Shown here piece by piece: positions 17,252 to 23,243 of a stretch of 23,243 nt of DNA. The stretch's first letter is position 1. Every line of letters starts with the position of its first letter. The notes beneath the pieces are model-generated. The model was given only the letters and a program-made list of their open reading frames with translations. It was not told the DNA's origin and did no database searches. A program made the translations under genes and the position numbers. Origin of the DNA: Candidatus Tepidifontimicrobium thermophilum (GTDB taxonomy: Bacteria; Sysuimicrobiota; Sysuimicrobiia; Sysuimicrobiales; Sysuimicrobiaceae); NCBI GenBank assembly GCA_031459915.1, contig JAVKHO010000026.1, forward strand, positions 1 to 23,243. The letters run 5' to 3'.

Positions 17252-17566
17252 ATGGACGAAGTGAAGCGGCAGGGTGGCAACGGGAAGCGCCAGGCGCTGT
17301 TCACCGCGCAGGTGAAGGGGCGCGGCCGCACGTACTTCTTCGACGTCCGGGAGGCCCAGGGCGGAGGCCGGTACCTGGTCATCAGCGAGTCCCGGAGGAC
17401 CGACTCGGGCCACGAGCGCAGCCGGGTGGTGGTGTTCCCGGACCAGGTGGGTGAGTTCGCGGAAGCGCTGCGCCAGGCCGCGGCGACTCTGGGGACCGGG
17501 AACACCCGAGGCGAGCCTGCGGACGGCTCGAAGCGTGCGGCGCCTTCAAGGCCTCCGGGGCGGTGA
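17252..17566 (+). CDS. PUR-family (DUF3276) single-stranded DNA/RNA-binding protein
   Basis: GRTYFFDVRE...YLVISESRR....ERSRVVVFPD....F.EAL is the bacterial PUR-domain pattern. Strong RBS GGAGGAGG. Confidence 0.85.
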   Translation: MDEVKRQGGNGKRQALFTAQVKGRGRTYFFDVREAQGGGRYLVISESRRTDSGHERSRVVVFPDQVGEFAEALRQAAATLGTGNTRGEPADGSKRAAPSRPPGR

Positions 17567-18123
17567 AGGTGCCTGAGCCGGGCAAACTGGGGGAAGGAGA
17601 GGGGCAGTCACGGGTTGTGCCCAGGCGACGCTCCAAGACGACGGCCGAGCGCGCCGCGAGCGGCTCCCGGCAGGTAGCCCCCGCTCAGGGCGGGGTCGGG
17701 GCTCTCATGGCAGCTATGGTGCGGGGCGAGGTGCCGCCGCCCCCGGTGGCGCAGCTGGTGGGCTTCCGTCCGGTCGCCACCGGTGAAGGCTACGCGGTGC
17801 TCGAGTTCGAGGCCCAGCCGCGTCACCACAACCCTATGGGCACGGTGCACGGCGGCATCCTCTGTGACGTGGCGGACGCGGCCATGGGTTTCGCCTACGC
17901 CACGACCCTAAAAGACGGGGAGACCTTCACGACCGTGGAGCTGAAGATCAACTTCCTCAGGCCCGTCCGGGCGGGCCTGCTGGTGGCCACTGCCCGGGTG
18001 GTGAAGGGGGGGCGGAACCTGGGACTCGTGGAGTGCGACGTCGCCGACGAGGACGGCTCGTTGGTGGCCCGGGCGTCCAGCACCTGCATGACGCTGAGGG
18101 AGGGAACGGGCCGAGGTCAGTAG
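17563..18123 (+). CDS. PaaI-family thioesterase
   Basis: HHNPMGTVHGG..CDVADAAMG, TTVELKINFLRPV. Start uncertain (17563, 17617 or 17707). Confidence 0.88.
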   Translation: MKVPEPGKLGEGEGQSRVVPRRRSKTTAERAASGSRQVAPAQGGVGALMAAMVRGEVPPPPVAQLVGFRPVATGEGYAVLEFEAQPRHHNPMGTVHGGILCDVADAAMGFAYATTLKDGETFTTVELKINFLRPVRAGLLVATARVVKGGRNLGLVECDVADEDGSLVARASSTCMTLREGTGRGQ

Positions 18124-18160
18124 CGGACTACTGGCCGCCCGAGACGTCGGGGGTGTGGGA

Positions 18161-18856
18161 ATGGACTTCACGGCAGCGGCCGTCGAGCGGCGCGTGGCGG
18201 AGTTTGACGCCCGGTACGGGCCTATGGAAAAGGTCTTGTGGTGCTTGCGGGCCGAAGCCGTGCGGTCCCTTTCCGGGGCCGGCAGGCCGGAGGTCCTGCG
18301 GGAGTTTGTGAGGACGGTTCGGAACTGGTGGGGTGTGCGGGGCGTCTCCAGCGCCACACTGGGCATCATGACGGAGGCGTTGCAGGCCACCTGCTGGACG
18401 CCGGAGGCGTTCGAGCCTTCGTCGGACTTTTCAGACGACGTCTGCGCCTTTGCGGTGGGCCGGGTCTCCCGTCTGGTGGACACCGTGCACCGCAAAGGCG
18501 GCAGACGCGAGTGGTCCTTGAGCGCAAAGGTCCTGCACTGGTTGATGCCGTGGCGCGTGCCCGCGTACGACAGCTTCGTGCGGCAGGTCCTAAAGGTAGG
18601 GATACAGGGGAGCGACGACCAGGCGTCCGCCTACCGAGAGGTCGTGAGCAAGGTATTCAACATGGCTACCCGTCTCATGGGAGCAGGGCGGCTCTTTTTC
18701 GGAGAACTCGAACCGAGGTCACCGCTACGCGCCCTGGACAAGTACCTGTGGATGGAAGGAGGCGGGGCGGCGGGTCGCGCGCTGGTGGTCCGGGATCCTG
18801 AACGGGTGCTGAGGGAGCTAGGACTGACCTGCCCTCCGGCCCCTTCCGTGGAGTAG
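18161..18856 (+). CDS. Hypothetical protein with HhH-GPD/DNA-glycosylase-like motifs
   Basis: 231-aa ORF filling the gap. SLSAKVLHWLMP..VPAYDSFV and RALDKYLW..G patterns. Confidence 0.65.
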   Translation: MDFTAAAVERRVAEFDARYGPMEKVLWCLRAEAVRSLSGAGRPEVLREFVRTVRNWWGVRGVSSATLGIMTEALQATCWTPEAFEPSSDFSDDVCAFAVGRVSRLVDTVHRKGGRREWSLSAKVLHWLMPWRVPAYDSFVRQVLKVGIQGSDDQASAYREVVSKVFNMATRLMGAGRLFFGELEPRSPLRALDKYLWMEGGGAAGRALVVRDPERVLRELGLTCPPAPSVE

Positions 18857-18881
18857 CGCCGCGCGGGCAGGGCGCCGTAGC

Positions 18882-19463
18882 ATGTGGGTTGTCGGGGGAA
18901 GTCGCGTGGAAGCGAGGCGGTTGGCGGTCCTGGGGCTGCTGGCGGCGGCGTCGTTCGTCCTGATGGCCGTCGTCCAGGTACCGATCCTGCCGCAGGCCCC
19001 CTACCTCCGGTACGACCCCAGTGACGCGGTGGCCCTGCTGGCAGGGGTGATGTACGGTCCCGGGCCCGCGGTGGCGGTGGTCTTCCTGAAGGACCTGCTG
19101 TACCTGCTGTTCCGGGCCAAGGGGCCCTTCGGCCCCCTGGCGGACTTCGTGGCCGCAGCCACCTTCGCCGCTGCCACCGCGTGGGCGTACCACCGCGGCG
19201 GGGGGGCTTTCGCGGCGCGTCTCGTGCGTGCTGCGGTGGTGGGGACGGCAGCCCGGGTCCTGGTCATGATCCCCGCCAACTTCGTCATCCTGTACCTGCA
19301 GTTCGGCATGCCGCCCGAACGCGTGGCGGGGATGCTGCTCCCCGTCATCGTGCCCTTCAACGCGCTGAAGGCAGGGGCGAACGCGCTTCTGGCCCTCTTC
19401 GTGTTGGCTCCCGCGCTCCGGCAGGTCGCGCCGGGCCTGGTTGCTGAGCCCTCGCGGCGGTAG
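18882..19463 (+). CDS. ECF transporter S component (RibU-like)
   Basis: YLRYDPSDAVALLAG..YGP, V.FLKDLL, IVPFNALK. About six hydrophobic helices. The start may be GTG 18906. Confidence 0.85.
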   Translation: MWVVGGSRVEARRLAVLGLLAAASFVLMAVVQVPILPQAPYLRYDPSDAVALLAGVMYGPGPAVAVVFLKDLLYLLFRAKGPFGPLADFVAAATFAAATAWAYHRGGGAFAARLVRAAVVGTAARVLVMIPANFVILYLQFGMPPERVAGMLLPVIVPFNALKAGANALLALFVLAPALRQVAPGLVAEPSRR

Positions 19464-19465
19464 GC

Positions 19466-20533
19466 GTGCGGCGGACGGGCGTCGCTACCCTTCCCCTCCA
19501 CTACGGGACCGCGCCCCGGTGGCTGTTCGAGCGCATGGCGCGGCTCGCCCGGGCAGTGGTCTGCGCTCTGGTAGAGGACATCGGCCCACAGGGCGTGCTC
19601 CGGCGTGTCAGCGATCCCTTCTGGTTCCAGGCCTTCGGCTGCGTGCTGGGCTTCGACTGGCACAGCAGCGGCCTCACCACCACGGTGTGCGGTGCCCTCA
19701 AGCACGGCCTGCGGGGCCTGGAGCGGGAACTGGGCCTAGCGGTAGCGGGCGGCAAGGGCGCGGCTTCCCGGAGGGCGCCCGAGGAGCTGCAGGCGTACGC
19801 GGACCGGCTGGGCTTCGACCCGGCCCCCCTTGTGTACGCCAGCCGCCTGAGCGCGAAGGTGGACAGCCACGCGGTGCAGGACGGCTACCAGCTGTACCAC
19901 CACGCCTTCTTCGTGACCCGGTCGGGGGCCTGGGCCGTCGTACAGCAGGGGATGCGGGGGGACGACCGGACCGCGCGTCGGTACCACTGGCTGGGTGAGG
20001 CGGTCAGAGACTTCGTGTGCGAGCCCCACGCCGCGGTGTGCGCCCAGCAGACCGTTCCGACCCTGAACCTGGTGGCGGAAGAGAGCGGCCCGGCGCGCCA
20101 GGCCATCACGGCCCTCTCCCGGGAGCGGCCGGACCGGCTGGCCGGTGAGCTGGACAAAGTCCTCACCTTGCCCGGCCGCCACCACGTCCTGGTCTCGGAC
20201 CTGGACCCCAGGCGGCTGGAGCGGGTGCTGCTCCGCACCTACGAGGCGCAGGCCCGGGACTTCGAGACTTTGCTGGGGCTACCGGGAGTGGGGGCCAAAA
20301 CCCTGCGGGCCCTGGCGCTGCTCTCGGAACTCCTGGCCGGGACGCCAGCCAGCTGGAAAGACCCCGCGCGCTTCTCGTTCGCCCACGGCGGCAAGGACGG
20401 GCACCCCTACCCCGTGGACCGTTCCACGTACGACCGCACCGTGGCCGTGCTGGAGGACGCGCTGCGCCGCGCCCGCCTCGGGCAGACCGACCGCCTTGAG
20501 GCCCTGCGGCGCCTGCACCGGATGGTGGGCTGA
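19466..20533 (+). CDS. DUF763 domain-containing protein
   Basis: LPLHYG.APRWLF.RM, SDPFWFQAFGCVLGFDWHSSGLTT, AKVD..AVQDGYQLYHH, HhH-like GLPGVGAKT, AHGGKDGHPYPVD. Confidence 0.88.
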   Translation: MRRTGVATLPLHYGTAPRWLFERMARLARAVVCALVEDIGPQGVLRRVSDPFWFQAFGCVLGFDWHSSGLTTTVCGALKHGLRGLERELGLAVAGGKGAASRRAPEELQAYADRLGFDPAPLVYASRLSAKVDSHAVQDGYQLYHHAFFVTRSGAWAVVQQGMRGDDRTARRYHWLGEAVRDFVCEPHAAVCAQQTVPTLNLVAEESGPARQAITALSRERPDRLAGELDKVLTLPGRHHVLVSDLDPRRLERVLLRTYEAQARDFETLLGLPGVGAKTLRALALLSELLAGTPASWKDPARFSFAHGGKDGHPYPVDRSTYDRTVAVLEDALRRARLGQTDRLEALRRLHRMVG

Positions 20534-20681
20534 GGCCAGGCCAGCCCGGACCTGCAGGACCCGACGGGCCCGGGTTGCCTGCCAAAAATTCCAGCCGCGA
20601 CCGGCTCTGTCCGGCCGTCCTTCCCGTACACTGGAGTTGCGGCCGCTGGCCGACTCCACAGGGCGCGAGGAGCAGGAGGAC

Positions 20682-22007
<1,326 letters not shown>

Positions 22008-22037
22008 CCCGCGGGCTGCTGTCGGTCCGGTCTGGCT

Positions 22038-22074
22038 CTGGGCCCGCGGAGCGCTCCGCGGGCCCAGGTTTTCT
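22038..22074 (+). terminator. Rho-independent terminator of gltA
   Basis: Perfect 30-bp palindrome CTGGGCCCGCGGAGCGCTCCGCGGGCCCAG (22038-22067) followed by GTTTTCT. Confidence 0.8.
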
Positions 22075-22251
22075 CAGGCCGGTAGGGGGTTCTGGCCAGG
22101 CGGGGCCGCTCGCGAGTTTCGCCCCCCGCCCACGCGCGGGCGGCTCCGACACCGTGGACCTTCCTCGCACGGACCGCCGGTCCTCGGGTTTGCTATGTGG
22201 CGCCGCACCGCTATCCTTGCCAGCCGTTGCAGGTGTCGTACCAGACCGCCA

Positions 22252-22367
22252 CTACAGGACGAAGACCAGCTGGCCGCGCCAGGTCTGCGACGGCCCCCGA
22301 CAGCCGCGACTGCCTGCTGCTGGAGGAGCGGGGTGCAGAACCACCTAAGCCCCGGCCGCGGGCTGCT
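22252..22367 (+). pseudogene. Eroded, frameshifted duplicate of the gltA 3' end
   Basis: 22261-22332 aligns to 21917-21987 at 57/71 identities plus a 1-nt insertion (KTSWPRQVCDGP/DSRDCLLLEER vs KISRPRQIYDGPDVRDYVPLEER). The post-stop 12-mer CCGCGGGCTGCT is shared (22009-22020 and 22356-22367). Confidence 0.85.
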
Positions 22368-22460
22368 TGAACCGTAGCCCTCCCGCCTAGCAGGAACCGC
22401 CCGCTACGGCCGCGAACCACCGACACAACTTCCCCTCGCGGGTTCCCTCTGGGGGCGGGG

Positions 22461-23243
22461 TTGCTGCCGGCAGCGGAGCCCAGGGCCATCACCCGGCGTC
22501 GCACAGCGCCCGGGTCGGAAGCGCTCGTGGCCACCCTAGGCCACGAGCCCCAGGTGGTCACCATCACCCTGGACCTCCTCCTGGCGGACCGCCGTCCCGT
22601 GCGCCAGCTGACGGTCGTACACACTTCGTCGGAGGCGGTGCTGGCCGGCCTGCGGTCCATCCGGGAGGAGGTCGCCTCGGGGCGCTACGAGGGTGTCCGG
22701 CTGCGCTCCGTGCCCGTGCGGGGTCCGGACGGCCCCCTGGAGGACTTCCGCACCGAGTCGGACGTGCGCGGGCTGCTGGCAGCCCTGTACCGGGCGGTGC
22801 GGGACGCCAAACGGGCCCACCCGGTGGTGCACCTGTCCCTGGCCGGAGGCCGGAAGGTCATGGGCGTGGCGGCCATGGTGGTGGCCCAGCTCCTGTTCGG
22901 CCCAGACGACCGCGCCTGGCACCTGCTCAGCGAAGGCTGGCGGCCCGGGGCCGAGCGGCGCATGCACCTCGCGCCGGGCGACACCGCGTACCTGGTCCCG
23001 GTGCCGGTCCTGCGTTGGACCGACTCCGGGGTCATGCTGGCGGCCCTGGCGGAGCTGGACGACCCCCTGGAGGCCATCCGCCGGTACGAGGAGATCGTCC
23101 GGGGGGAGCGCATGCGGCGCCGGCGGGAGTTCGTGGAGCGGTGGCTCACCCCGGCGGAGCGGGAGGTAGCGCGCCTGGCCTGCCAGGGCCTGAACAACGC
23201 AGGCATCGCGCGCCGGCTGGGCCGCAGCCGGCGCACGGTGGCC
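22461..23243 (+). CDS. CRISPR-associated CARF protein (Csx14/NE0113-like) fused to a C-terminal LuxR-type HTH; 3'-truncated by the window edge
   Basis: Not in the ORF track because it has no stop in the window. Reads ...ALVATLGHEPQVVTITLDLL...VVHT...EDFRTESD...VHLSLAGGRKVMG..AMVVAQLLFG..DRAWHL...LTPAEREVARLACQGLNNAGIARRLGRSRRTV. TTG start after a G-rich RBS is tentative. Confidence 0.85.
   Translation, partial: MLPAAEPRAITRRRTAPGSEALVATLGHEPQVVTITLDLLLADRRPVRQLTVVHTSSEAVLAGLRSIREEVASGRYEGVRLRSVPVRGPDGPLEDFRTESDVRGLLAALYRAVRDAKRAHPVVHLSLAGGRKVMGVAAMVVAQLLFGPDDRAWHLLSEGWRPGAERRMHLAPGDTAYLVPVPVLRWTDSGVMLAALAELDDPLEAIRRYEEIVRGERMRRRREFVERWLTPAEREVARLACQGLNNAGIARRLGRSRRTVA

Noticed and set aside
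20552..20563. 12-mer CTGCAGGACCCG shared with gltA 21900-21911
   Set aside because: Short GC-rich word built from common codons. Chance is plausible, so it is not called a recombination core.
22225..22285. IS701-like transposase fragment (VPDRHYRTK...)
   Set aside because: Better explained by the gltA 3'-end duplicate. No terminal inverted repeats.
22261..22332. Diversity-generating retroelement TR/VR pair with the gltA 3' end
   Set aside because: Mismatches are not adenine-specific (only 3 of 14 are at gltA adenines), and no reverse transcriptase is present.
22075..22460. CRISPR array or leader upstream of the CARF gene
   Set aside because: No regularly spaced direct repeats and no AT-rich leader.

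Overview
High-GC bacterial chromosomal window, probably from a thermophilic Terrabacteria-group organism (inferred from a Thermus-like Mn catalase and a Gram-positive-type LexA box). Left to right it contains: (1) a minus-strand hotdog thioesterase-nrdB-nrdA operon encoding a class Id-type (NrdAi/NrdBi) ribonucleotide reductase, preceded by a sigma70 promoter, two NrdR boxes and a cobalamin riboswitch; (2) pseudouridine catabolism genes (psuK-psuG) divergent from a BMP-family nucleoside ABC importer plus a coupled unknown lipoprotein; (3) Mn catalase divergent from an AraC regulator; (4) rodZ-cinA-thpR-recA, with a palindromic SOS box inside the recA promoter; (5) a tightly packed run of a PUR/DUF3276 protein, a PaaI thioesterase, an HhH-glycosylase-like orphan, an ECF S component and DUF763; (6) citrate synthase gltA with a terminator. 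About 345 bp downstream of the gltA 3' end lies an unannotated, eroded, frameshifted copy of it (about 80% identical). This is followed by a CARF (Csx14/NE0113-like)-LuxR-HTH gene running off the window, which suggests the boundary of an acquired CRISPR/cyclic-oligoadenylate-related island. No CRISPR array, tRNA, rRNA or integrase is visible. All family assignments come from motif recognition, not database searches.
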